From assembly GCA_030390025.1 (NCBI GenBank), contig CM059432.1, forward strand, positions 80,354,001 through 80,418,000: a stretch of 64,000 bases of DNA, written 5' to 3'. Both the position numbers and the translations under genes were made by a program. Shown in pieces: positions 12,526-24,300 of the stretch. How positions within the stretch are numbered: position 1 is the stretch's first letter; each line of letters begins with the position of its first letter. The stretch is from Squalus acanthias. Lineage: Eukaryota. Below the pieces are notes generated by a model. That model saw nothing but the letters and a program-made list of their open reading frames with translations. It had not been told where the DNA came from and ran no database searches.

Positions 12526-12740
12526 TGACGTAATAAAGACTCACTACGCACTTGAACATAAAGCAAGGCTTTAATCAACTTGTAACAAAACATGGAGGTC
12601 TAGTTAGCAGTCACTAGCTTCCTGTTTCCAGATTGTCTCTGCCCAAGGTGGGCCCATGCCTGAGTATTTATACTCCCTGGACGGCGCCCCAGCTGGCCGC
12701 CCAGTAGTACTTCCTGAGTTGTTACTTGCGATTTATGACA
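12526..12740 (-). repeat. 5' LTR of the Gypsy element, with TATAAATA (12665-12672) and ATTAAA (12570-12575) on the sense strand
   Basis: Direct repeat of 8234-8448; motifs read directly from the sequence. Confidence 0.95.
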
Positions 12741-13659
12741 CTGCTCCTGGCATGCTCTTCTGCACTCCTCCTTGAACCAGGGTTGGTCCCCTGGCTTGAT
12801 GGTAATGGGTAGAGTGAGGGATATGCTGGGCCATGAGTTTACAGATTGTGTTGGGAATACAATTAATTCAAGCTGCTGCTGATGGCCCACAGCTCCTCAT
12901 GGATGCCCACTTTTGAGCTGTTCGATCTGTTCTGAATCCATCCCATTTAGCACGGTGGTGGTGCCACACAACACGATGGGGGGTGTCCTCAGTGTGAAGA
13001 CGAGTCTTCGTCTCCACAAGGATCATGCAGTGGTCACTGCTACCAGTGCTGTCATGGACAGATGCATCTTCGACAGGTAGATTGGTGAGGATGAGGTCAA
13101 GTAGGTTTTTCCCTCATGTTGGTTCTCTCACCACCTGCCGTAGGCCCACTCTGGCAACTATGGCCTTTAGGACTCTGCCAGCTCGGTCAGTAGTGGTGCT
13201 ACCGAGCCACTCTTGGTGATGGACATTTTGACAGATGAATTGTGAAGCTGTGAAACACTGACATTCTCTGTAGTTTGATGAGTTCTTGAATTCAAGACCT
13301 CATCAAAGCTCTTTCTTTTGCAGAAATTAGATGGTTGTTGCATTGGAGAATGCAACGGCTATCTGTCATCTCTGCTGCAGAGCTGCGAGACTCTCCGCAT
13401 ACCCAACTCTTGAAGCCTGCAGGAAGAAACAAAGGTAAGTAAACTTTTTCTAACACTTTCCACTTACCTCACATACTCACCTCTCCACACTTGCACCCAT
13501 CACTTACCTTCACAGCGCACTTTTGCACCCCCCCGACCCCTGCAGACCCACTGCTCGCCTCGGTGACCCTGGCGGGGTTCGGAGTCTTCGATTAGCCCGG
13601 TTGGGCACCCGCCCCCAAATTCTACCATTTTCTCGGCAGCCCCGCCTCCATATCCAATA

Positions 13660-13990
13660 TCCTATGGCTTCAAGAGCAGGACAGAGGCTGGGTACTCTGA
13701 AATGGGGGCTCACCTCCTGACCCCTCAAAGCTTCTCTACTATCTACAAAGCACAAGTATGATGGAATACTCATCATTCGCCTGGATGGGTGCAGCTGCAG
13801 CAACACTCAAGAAGCTGGACACCATCCAGGACAAAACAGTTCATTGATCAGTATTCCTGCCACTGGACTCAATCTCCACGCCTTTCACCACTAAGGCACT
13901 GTGCCTGCAGTATCTACAGGATGCATTGCAGTAATTTACCAAGCTTACTTCAACAGTCTTGTGACCTCTACCACTGAGAAGGACGAGAGC
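13660..13990 (+). mobile_element. Family-B LINE 3' fragment (its tail appears to resume at about 15268-15378)
   Basis: agagcaggacagaggctgggtactctg...caacactcaagaagctggacaccatccaggacaaa is the reverse complement of 5400-5725. Confidence 0.75.
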
Positions 13991-13999
13991 TTTATGCAC

Positions 14000-15260
14000 C
14001 TTTTGAAGTGTTTGGAGTAATCTCTCTATCCACTGGCACCTCCTTGGAACAACCTATCTCAACATTGACAGATTACTTCTGTCATCTCAACCTCACCTGC
14101 CATCTATTCCATTCGCATCGGTGCCCTTGAAAAAATCTCACCCTGGTCCTCAGAATCCCAAAACTCAGCCCCAACACCAGCATCACTGGGAACACCAGCA
14201 GCACCAATATCCACACCAATCTTCTCCGCAATCACTTGATGCTGCCCTGGACACGGCATCATCACCCGTGCACATTGCTGCTCGGGACGCCAGCGATGGG
14301 CTCACCATGTCCAGATTAGCTTCACTTAACGCTGTACACCCTGGCTACCACATGATGCACCAGGTCTGCACCACCCCACACCAACACCATACAGCATCCC
14401 TACAATGTCCAAGCCATTCCTTTGAGGGGACGGGACTCATCACCATTGGGGGGACGGGATGTTATGCCTCACCATTCACTGCAACTCACTAAGACACTTT
14501 TAAAGGTGCACACAGATCTGTCCAAGAACGCAAAGTGTTGACAAAGGTTTCAATGTTTGACACCACATTAACAGAAACTTTACATGAACATTGGCTAAAA
14601 CACCCAAGTGCCTACCCTTGTGTCTTCTTAGTTGGTATGCTTGCAGTAGGATGAGGGTGAGTGTGAGTAGTGGCTAGTGAGATGGGAAAGTGATTATATG
14701 GACTGATGGGGATGTGATGAGTGGCACAGGAGGATGAGGTTGAGTGTTGCTTTGCAGTTACGTTTTATGATCTACTGTGATCATTAAAAGGTGTGCGCCA
14801 CTGCAGCCAGGGACTCCCGACGACATCCCTACTTGTGTCCTCATGTGCAATGTGTGACCAGGCTGCGTTGATCTCCTGGGGACGTCTCTTCCGCCCATGG
14901 GAAGGGAAGAGGACCTCCCTGCGTGCTGTAACTCCCTCCATAAGCATATGGAAGGAGTCATGGGAGAGCCTGGGTGCAGCCCTGTGCCTTTGTGCAGTGA
15001 TTGTTAGTTTTTGCAGCACCTCAGTGCTGTAGAACACTGACAGCACAAATGTCAAAATCAGTTTGGCCCCTTTAAGGCAACCGGCTGATGACGCCTCAGC
15101 AGATGACGTCATCAGACCCGCTTCCTTTTAATTGGCCGGGAACCTCGCACGGCGGGCTTAACCAGCAAAATCACTTTGAGAAGGCGGGATGAAGACGGGT
15201 GCGGAGTTAGCGGCCGCTGTCTGCTCCGGCCGCACTGAACTCACAGCTTGCGAAATCACT
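14000..15260 (-). mobile_element. Harbinger remnant with a decayed Myb/SANT-like exon (about 14765-14990)
   Basis: APRLSHDSFHMLMEGVTARREVLFP...AWSHIA...WLQWRTPFND resembles the Myb-like exon at 60928-61166. Boundaries approximate. Confidence 0.65.
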
Positions 15261-16287
15261 GCCAAGGAGTGCAGCGGCTCAAGAATAAGGTGCACCACCA
15301 ATTTACAGAGCAATTAGGAATGGGCAATAGATGCGGCCTTGCCTGCATCACTCACATTTTGAGAATAAATAATTTTTAAGAAGACTGCTGTCTATCTTTA
15401 ACCTCTGTTTTCTTCTTCCGCACTGGTTATGTGTCTTTTCTCCTTCTTCATGATTAATACCTGGGAACTAGTCAGGAGAACATTGTCAGTGTTTGAGTAG
15501 CGGCAGAGTCATGGAGCTTCTTTACAGGGGAATGGGAGTTCCTCAACTTCAGAGCAGGGCTCTGAACATCAGAACTGACATTCCAGGCCCAAAATTATCT
15601 GTGACTAATGCCTTGGGGAATCTAATAATATGTATTAATTATAGCATATAGCTACCAAAGGCATACTTTAAAAAAAAAACTGGATTCTAACAGGTCAAAG
15701 TTAAGGTTGATCTTGCAAGGCCACTATGAAGGAAGATTTCCTTTGTGTGCTATATGTAGCAAAGTCATAAATGTCTATAATGAAGGCAATTTCTATTTCT
15801 CTGCACATAGTACAAAGAAGAAATTCACTCCTGCCTGCACTTATTAGTAAAATCACTAATTTTGTGGTTTTACAATTATTGTTCTCCCCCTCCCACTCCT
15901 TTCTTGTAGGCCTTGACTCCTTGTGTAAAGTTCCACATATGCCATTTGCCCTCTGTTTAACTTGCCTACGGGGCAATTCTTTATGTATGAGCTTGGAGAG
16001 TGCGTGTTGGCTGGCTGTCCGACCATTCATGGCATCAAATTGACTCAGTTCTGTCATTATTCAACATCCACACGTGCAGACTTTCCAGCATGGGTCAGTG
16101 AATAGTGATCCAGGGCCCTTGTTGACTATTCCCCTCCTTGGTCTACGATCACTGCAGTTAATGAGTCTCATTACTGCCACCTGGGCTAACTAACCAATAC
16201 ATTGTTTTTAACAACATAGTTATCAAGGGAACTAAATTAATATATTAAAGTGAATGTGCAGCTGACTGATTAGGTGTGATCCGCTAA

Positions 16288-16395
16288 AAAAGAAAGACTT
16301 GCATTTATATGGTGCCTTTCACGACCACCGGACGTCTCAAAGCGTTTTACAGCCAATGAAGTACTTTTTTGAAGTGAAGTCACTGTTGTAATGTT
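16288..16395 (-). mobile_element. 3' end of the Deu-type SINE
   Basis: aaagaaagacttgcatttatat...gcgttttacagccaatgaagtact matches 61850-61940. Confidence 0.8.
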
Positions 16396-16688
16396 ATGCT
16401 AAGGGCATAACTAGAAAATAAATGTATAACTTCTGCATTTAATCCATGCTAATCTTGTATCGTTCTGTTAAATTTAAAGTTAAATTGAAATTAAGAATAA
16501 ATTGTTGAGTCCATCTCACCCTCCCAACACCAATGTACCGAGGGAAATAAGGCAATTAACCTATGCAAATGATGTGACCTATTACACCAGTGATGGTAAA
16601 GAGTCGAAAATGGCAGCCAAGACCAACTGTTGAAGACCATGCTTCTCTGCAACTTTTCACACTCATACAATAAACAATAAGAAGCATT

Positions 16689-17398
16689 GGGCTAAAAATT
16701 GGGGGGCTATCTTCACCGGGGCACTACTTTTATGCCCCAGAAAAAGTAGCGCCCCCGTGACGGAAATTGAGTGGTAGCGCCCCAAGAGGGAAGCGGGGCG
16801 CTACTGAAAGTGCCCCGCATCCCTCTTGGGGCGCTGCGTGGCGCTGCGGTACGTCGCTTCGCGGTATTGCAGGCCTTCCCTTCTTAAAAGGGTGGGGCCT
16901 TGCGCAGCGCGACCCGGGACCGAGCTGGGCCCCCGGGGATCGGGAGTGCCGACAAAAGAGCCCGGCACTCGAGAAGTGCCAGGCTCTTGGAGCGCAGCCG
17001 GCACTCCGCCGGGGTGGGGGGGGGGGGGGGGGCGGTTCAGGAGGCCGGGGATGGGAGCGCTGGCAGGTGGCCAGCAACAAAAATGGCCGCCCTGCACCTC
17101 TCCTTTAAATAGCGCCTCCCCGGCCGCAGGTAGGCCCCACTGACCCCGTCGGACATAGCGTCCGGCCGTAAGTCAGGAGGCGCTCCCGAAGATCGCGAGT
17201 GGGGCACTGCGCACGGCGATGACGTCACCGCTGGCAGCGCAGTGCCGCGGGGCGCTACCGGTTACCACCGCCGCTAATCTCCCACTGAATTTCGCGGGAG
17301 GCGTGGGCAGTGCCGTGCCCGGGCGCTAATTGCTTTGCGCCCCGTTAGTGCTGCCTTAGGGTGCTAACGGGAGGCGCAAAGCAACCGAATTTTCCCCC
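16689..17398. mobile_element. CpG-rich non-autonomous Harbinger-type element
   Basis: Ends GGGCTAAAAATTGG and CCGAATTTTCCCCC; ATT on both flanks; termini resemble the Harbinger end at 57499 (gggctagaaatt...tttgcgcctcccg). Confidence 0.75.
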
Positions 17399-17526
17399 AT
17401 TGAATCAAGTTGTTCATCAATTTTACCAACAACAGAAGATCATCAAACTGTGTGGCTCATTCTTTGTGAAACCTTCAGTCAATATTTAAAAGTGTACTAA
17501 ACTGCAGATGACTTTCGCAAGATAAT

Positions 17527-18269
17527 GGCCCAGAAATTGATCTCGCTCTGTTCCCGCGGGGGTAAGCCTTCCCCGCGATGTCTCACCTCGCTTATGCTTT
17601 TTCTGATCCAGCTCGCACGAACTTGATGTTCCAGACATCAGCTGTGCTGGGCTTGCGTATCCCAGCGGCGTAGTGAATTCGTGCGAGCTGTGGGATCACG
17701 TGACTCAGTTAGAGCCAATGGCAGCACACCATCTTCCATTCATAAGTCTCACAGCATGGCTGTGAGACTTATGAATCTTACACCCCCCCAAAATAACAGC
17801 TAAACCTCAATTAAATTAAAAAAAAAACCCATCACATTAATAAAATAAGTATAGTTAATTAAATTAACCATTTTAAATAAAAAATTAAATTTTTGAAAAA
17901 TTTTAAATCTTTTAAAAAGTTATAAAAATAAACTTACCTGTCTTTAAAGTCTATAAAAAAGATATACCTGTAAAAAAAAATTCAAAAAAATACTTAATTC
18001 ACTACTTACCTTCTTAAAAGCGGGTCTTACTCCTCCTTTTTACATTTCCAAAATCTTCCCTACTTACCTGCGCGTCCAAAGCATGAAGTGCACAGCGTGC
18101 GCGCAGCCTGTAGCGCGCACGCGATGCACCCAGGCCCCGCCCCCTTTTCAGAAGAGCAATTGCCGGTTTTCAGCGCATGCGCAGGGCATGCAGAAAACCA
18201 GCAATTGGAGTGGGAATACGCGAGAGTATGCAGTGCGTACTCTCGCGTCCCGGGATCAATTTTCGGCCC
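17527..18269. mobile_element. Harbinger-type MITE, copy 1
   Basis: Imperfect terminal inverted repeats GGCCCAGAAATTGATC and GATCAATTTTCGGCCC; AAT duplication at 17524-17526 and 18270-18272; near-identical inverted copy at 38831-39555. Confidence 0.9.
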
Positions 18270-18692
18270 AATAGTTGACCTCAAAAGGATAGTAAAATTG
18301 AAACTGCAGCACAACAAGCACAGAAATACTGAATAGGAAAACCAGAGGCTATCAAAAAATAAATCTCTCATGACCTGAGAAAATTATTTCAGAGTTCAAT
18401 GTCTTGAGCAATGATAATGCCAACACTGTCAGATTCTGCTGCTAGTCAGTAACATCAGCATGTTTCTTGTCTCTTGCTGTCATTAATACATAATATTATA
18501 GTGTTTACCAAGTCTACTGTAATATACCTGCCAACAATACACAGTAAAACCTTGCAGATCCTTAGCAAACAATTATCTATTTTCATAACTGTTTATTGTG
18601 GTCCAAGTAAATAATGTAATGATCCTCTCTCCCTCTCCATAAACAGTCTTGTTATTAAATAAACATTGGAACATAATGCATAATTCAAGATG

Positions 18693-19945
18693 TAGCATGC
18701 TATAGACAGGGCTAAACGATCCCACAATCAACAGATCAGATCAAAGCTCTGCAGTCCTGCCACATCCAGTCGTGAATGGTGGTGGACCATTAAACAACTA
18801 ACGGGAGGAGGAGCCTCCATGAAGATCTCTATCCTCAATGATGATGGAGCCCAGCACGTGAGTGCAAAAGACAAGGCTGAAGCGTTTGCAACCATCTTCA
18901 GCCAGAAGTGCCAAGTGGATGATCCATATCGGCCTCCTCCTGAGGTCCTCACCATCGCAGAAGCCAGTCTTCAGCCAATTCGATTCACTCCATGTGATAT
19001 CAAGAAACAGCTGAGCGCACTGGCTACAGCAAAGGCTATCGGCCCCGACAACATCCCGGCTGTCGTGCTGAAGACTTGTGCTCCAGAACTAGCTGCGCCT
19101 CTAGCCAAGCTGTTCCAGTACAGCTACAACACTGGCATCTATCCGACAATGTGGAAAACTGCCCAGCTATGTCCTGTCCACAAAAAGCAGGACAAATACA
19201 ATCCAGCCAATTACCGCCCCATCAGTCTACTAAATCATCAGCAAAGTGATGGAAGGTGTCATTGACAGTGCTATCAAGCAGCACTTACTCACCAATAACC
19301 TGCTCACTGATGCCCAGTTTGGGTTCTGCCAAGACCACTTGGCTCCTGACCTCATTACAGCCTTGGTCTAAACATGGACAAAGGAGCTGAATTCCAGAGG
19401 TGAGGTGAGAGTGACTGCCCTTGACATCAAGGCAGCACTTCACCGAGTGCGGCATCAAGGAGCCCTAGTAAAACTGAAGTCAATGGGAATCGGGGAAAGC
19501 TCTCCACTGGCTGGAGTCATACCTAGCACAACGGAAGATGGTTGTGGTGGTTGAAGGTCAATCATCACAGCCCCAGGACATCGCTGCAGGAGTTCCTCAG
19601 GGCAGTGTCCTAGGCCCAACCATCTTCAGCTGCTTCATCAATGACCTTCCCTCCAACATAAGGTCAGAAATGGGGATGTTCGCTGATGACTGCACAGTGT
19701 TCAGTGCCATTCACAACTCCTCAGATAATGAAGCAGTCCATGCCTGCATGCAACAAGACATGGACGACGTTCAGACTTGGGCTGATAAGTGGCAGGTAAC
19801 ATTCGCGCCACAGAAGTGCCAGGCAATGACTATCTCCAACAAGCGAGCGTCTAACCATCGCCCCATGACATTCAACGGCATTACCATCGCCGAAACCCCC
19901 ACCATCAACATCCTGGGGGTCACCATTGACCAGAAACTTAACTGG
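18693..19945 (+). mobile_element. Family-B LINE internal RT fragment fused to the 5' end of a CR1
   Basis: KAIGPDNIP, NYRPISLL, GVPQGSVLGPTIF, MFADDC; no 3' tail. Confidence 0.9.
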
Positions 19946-20263
19946 CGGCTTAAAGGGAGCTGAGCAGCGACTTAAAAAAAAAACAAAAACAAGGCGTGAC
20001 GTCACAGGACAGCAGGAGGCGGAGTATAAATCGAGTTGGAGGCTGAGAGCGCGCAGACCGGAGCAGCGCTGGCAGCGAGGAGGCAGAGTATAAATCGAGC
20101 GGGAGGCTCAGAGAGAGTGTAGACTGGAGCAGTGGTGTTAGCAAGGAGGCGGAGTACCTCCAGCAAAAACAACAACAACAAAAGCAACAACTGCAAAACT
20201 GTTAGTGATGTCACAACCAGGGAAGTAGCTGGTAAGTGTTTCTAGTTAATAATCTATTAAGAA

Positions 20264-21226
20264 AAGGCAGGGCAGCTCAGTCCCGTGGAATGCACATCCT
20301 GTGCTATGTGGGAACTCCAGGACGCTTCCCGTGACCTGGACAACCACGTGTGCAGGAAGTGTCGTCAGCTGGAGGAGCTCAAGCTCTGGGTTTTGAAGCT
20401 TGAGCAGCAGCTGGTGTCACTGTGGTGTATCCATGAGGCTGAGCGCTTCGTGGATAGCACGTTTCAGGAGGTGGTCACCCCGCAGATAAAGAGTGTGCAG
20501 GCAGAAAATGAATGGGTGACCGCCGGACAGAAGAGGAGGACCAAGCAGGTAGTATAGGAGTTCCCTGAGTGCATCTCACTCCCCAACCAGTATTCGGTTC
20601 TGAGTACTAGTGAGGACGATGGTTCCTCTGGGGAGTATAGCCAGAGCCAAGTCTGTGGCAACATGGGTGTCTCAGCTGTACTGGGGGGTGGTGGGGGGGG
20701 GGGGGGGAGCGGGGACGCGGGGGGAGGAAGAAGAGTGGGAAAGCAATAGTGGTAGGGGATTCGATAGTTAGGGGAGCAGACAGGCGTTTCTGCAGCTGCA
20801 GACGTGACTCCAGGATGGTATGTTGCCTCCCTGGTGCCAGGGTCAAGGATGTCACTGAGCGGCTGCAGAACATTCTGAGGCGGGAGGTGAACAGCTAGAG
20901 GTCGTGGTCCATATCGGTACCAATGACATAAGTAGAAAGCGGGATGAGGTCCTGCAGGCAGATTTCAGGGAGCTAGGAAAGAGATTAAAAAGCAGGACCT
21001 CAAAGGTAGTAATCTCCGGATTACGCCTGGTGCCACGTGCTAGTGAATATAGAAATAGGAGGATAGCGCAGATGAATGCGTAGTTGGAGAGATGGTGCAG
21101 GAGGGAGGGCTTTAGATTCCTGGGAAGGTGGGACCTGTAGAAGTCGGATGGATTGCACCTCAACAGGGCTGGAACCAATATCCTTGCGGGGAGGTTTGCT
21201 AGTGCTGTTGGGGAGGGTTTAAACTA
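20264..21226 (+). pseudogene. CR1 ORF1 (zinc finger, coiled coil, SGNH esterase-like domain), disrupted
   Basis: CTSCAMWE..HVCRKC; IVVGDSIVRG; CCLPGARVKDV; VHIGTND; DGLHLNRAG; stops and frameshifts. Confidence 0.85.
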
Positions 21227-21379
21227 ATTTGGCAGGGGGGTGGGCACCAGGATGTAACATTAGAAAGGGTAAATAAAGTGCTCAAAGCATTGGGAGAGGC
21301 AGAGAGCACTAAAGTAAGAAATAGTAAGGCATTAGGTGGGGTCAAACTGAGAGAGAATACAGGATGGTCTAAGATGGGT

Positions 21380-24300
21380 TTCAATGTATGTATGTGAACG
21401 CACGAAGTAAACAAAGTAAGTGCGCTGCAGGCACAAATAGCCACATGGGAATATGATGTGGCAATAACTGAGACCTGGCTCAAAAAAGGGTAGGATTGGG
21501 TATTAAATATTCATGGTTATAAAGTGTTCAGGAAAGATAGGGAAGGAAAGATAGGAGGTGGGGTGGCAGTATTGGTCAAGGAGAATGTTACCGTGCTGGA
21601 GAGGGAGGATGTCCTGGAGGGGTCAAGGACACAATCTATATGGCTGGAGTTAAGAAATAATAGAGGTACAATTACACTACTAGGTGCATTCTATAGACCA
21701 CCAAATAGTGGGAAAGATATGGAGGAGCAAATTTGCAGGGAAATTACAAGAACTATAGAGTAGTGATAATGGGGGACTTCAACTATGCTAATATAGACTG
21801 GGATCGTAATAGTGTAAAGAGCAGGGAGGGGGAAGAATTTCTGAAGTATGTTCAGGAGAACTTTCTTGATCAGTATGTTTCTGGCCCGACGAGGGAGGAG
21901 GCATTGTTGGATCTGATTCCAGGGATTGAGGTATGTCAAGTGGAGCAAGTGTCAGTAGGGGAACATTTAGGGAACAGTGATCATAGTATCATAAGGTTTA
22001 GATTAGCTATGGAAAAGGACAGGGAGCAATCAAGAGTAAAAATGTTTAACTGGGGGAAGGCTAATTTCAGTGGGATGAGAATGGATCTGGAATCAAAGAT
22101 TGGCAGGCAAAACTGTAACCAAACAATGGGCTGCCTATAAAGAGGAAATAGTTCAGGTACAGTCGAGGTACATTCCCACTCGGAGGAATGGCAGGGCAAC
22201 TAAAGTCAGGGCTCCCTGGATGACGAAAGAGATAGGGAATATGAAGAAGCAGAAAAGAGCGCGTATGACAAATGTCAGGTTGCAAATACATCTGAGAATC
22301 AGGCTATATATAGAATAGTCAGAGGAGAATTGAAAAAGAAAATAAGAGGGGCAAAGAGAGGGTATGAGAATAGAATGGCAGCCAGCATAAAGGTAATCCA
22401 AAAGTCTTCTATCGGCATATAAATAGTAAAAGGGTAGTAAGAGGAGGAGTGGGGCCAATTAGGGACCAAAAAGGAGACATATGCATGGAGGCAGAGGGTA
22501 TGGCTGAGGTACTAAATGAATACTTTGCATCTGTCTTCACCAAGGAAGAGGATGCTGCCATAGACATAGTAAAGGAGGAGGTAGTGGAGATATTTCATAG
22601 GATAAAAATTGATAAAGAGGAGGTATTAGAAAGGCTGGCTGTACTTAAAGTAGATAAATCACCAGGAGCGGATGGGATGCATCCTGCGATGCTGAGGGAA
22701 TTGAGGGAGGAAATCGTGGAGGTACTGGCCATAATCTTCCAATCCTCCTTGGGTACGGGAGTGGTGCCAGCGGACTGGAGAATTGCAAATGTTACACCAT
22801 TGTGTAAAGGAATGGGCCATATTTCAGAAAAATACACCATCCTATGAACAGAATTCTGACATTAAAATATGACAAACTGGGGTTAAAAATCTAAAAGCCT
22901 CAACGACACAAGCTGTAAACAGAAATACAGGCTTCTAAGATAAGATGAAGTGTTAACACAAAGCTATAAACACCATGCAAGCTTTTGAAATGGGAAATGG
23001 TTATTGACACAGAGACAATGGCCTATTGAAGAAGCCAAGGCTTGGTTCCAAGGAGTCTGCACATTGGAACCAACACAATAGCTATACCCAGTTTAAAGTG
23101 TTAAAATCTAACATGCCGAACAGAAGCACAGAACATTAAAAAACCATGTGCCTTTATAAAAGTAACGTCAAATGAAACAGGAAACACAATTATATATATA
23201 TATATAAAACCAATTGAAATAGCTAAGAAATGCATGGAACACCTTGGTTGAAGTGGTTTTGATTTACATGTTGTAAATATGATACCTACAGAACACTTTG
23301 AAGATATAATATCAATAGATGTACCAAGCAATCACATTGTGTTTGTATTGAACTTGGAACAGCTGGGAGACATAACGTCTGTTTATAACCAGTTAAGGGG
23401 ATATTAAGAATTCAATAGAAGACCTCGTAAGAATGGCATCAAATAGATAAATCTGTTGAACCATATTTGATAAGTTATGAAACACCTGTACAGCAGACAG
23501 GATTCTGAGAGTTAGCAGCTGAACTAACAGTAAGAATGGAAAGAAGTCAACAGAAAGACTGACTAGAGATAATTAGCTTACATCAGCAAAAAACTTCAAA
23601 GGAGATACCACTGCAAAAAGTGTATAAGATATGGGATTTTCAAATGGGAAAACAGAAGTTGCTGGAAAGGGCAGGTGATTCTCAGCTTCAGAGGCAGGCT
23701 CTGTAAGTTTTTAACTCTTTGAGTCTCGGGGATCAAATGGTACTTTAATTGATTTTGGTGGATATTCTGGATTAAGAATAAGACTTAGAAATGTAAAAAT
23801 GTAACGAAGTTAAGATTTGAGAATAAGGATCTCTGAGAATAGAATTGTAAGCTATTTGTATTTTGAACTGTTAAAGTTGCGACTGACTCATCAGCTGTTA
23901 ACTAAATGTCAGTTCCTTAATAAATCTATATATTTTTAGAATTGTCTCACAGAGTATTTCTGTATCAACCTCGCGAACTCAAATCTCTGTACACTCTTTT
24001 GTGAGGAGTTGCAGAATTCTGGGGGGTTTTCTGGACCCTCATAATATCCGGAAGGTTACAGTCTAGTTAAACTTATTAAAAGTGCTCTCCGGAGGACGGT
24101 AACATCTTCAGGCCATTCCTTTCCTTTAGGGAGAGATAGTCTGAACCTTTAGACCCAATTAAGCGTCTCTAGGATTTGGCTACCGCTAACTTTAGTTGAA
24201 GGTGAACGTCTGGGGAATACGCCTGATCTGGGGTAGCCCGAGAAGGGCTAGGACTTGTAATTATCCCTTCAATTGTTCAAAAAAGGGTGTAAAGATAAAC

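Larger units (their letters stand above)
8234..12740 (-). mobile_element. Full-length young Ty3/Gypsy LTR retrotransposon (Mag-like, tentative)
   Basis: LTRs 8234-8448 and 12526-12740 (215 bp, TG...CA, one mismatch by eye); target duplication CTGCT at 8229-8233 and 12741-12745; domain order gag-PR-RT-RH-IN; polypurine tract present. Confidence 0.97.
5105..13228 (-). mobile_element. CR1/L2-group LINE ('family B', clade not assigned), interrupted by a CR1 fragment (6708-7989) and the Gypsy (8234-12740)
   Basis: RT motifs ALDIKAAFDRVWHQG, GVPQGCVLGP, MFADDC; endonuclease-side sequence at 12741-13228; A-rich 3' end near 5105-5115; sequence is collinear across both interruptions. Confidence 0.9.

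Noticed and set aside
13324..13434. Possible 111-bp exon (ttttgcag/...AAG/gtaagt)
   Set aside because: Good splice sites, but it lies among transposon remnants and the one open frame resembles nothing I recognise.
16689..17398. CpG-island host promoter and overlapping GC-rich ORFs
   Set aside because: Bounded by Harbinger-type ends with an ATT duplication; ORFs are a by-product of GC content.
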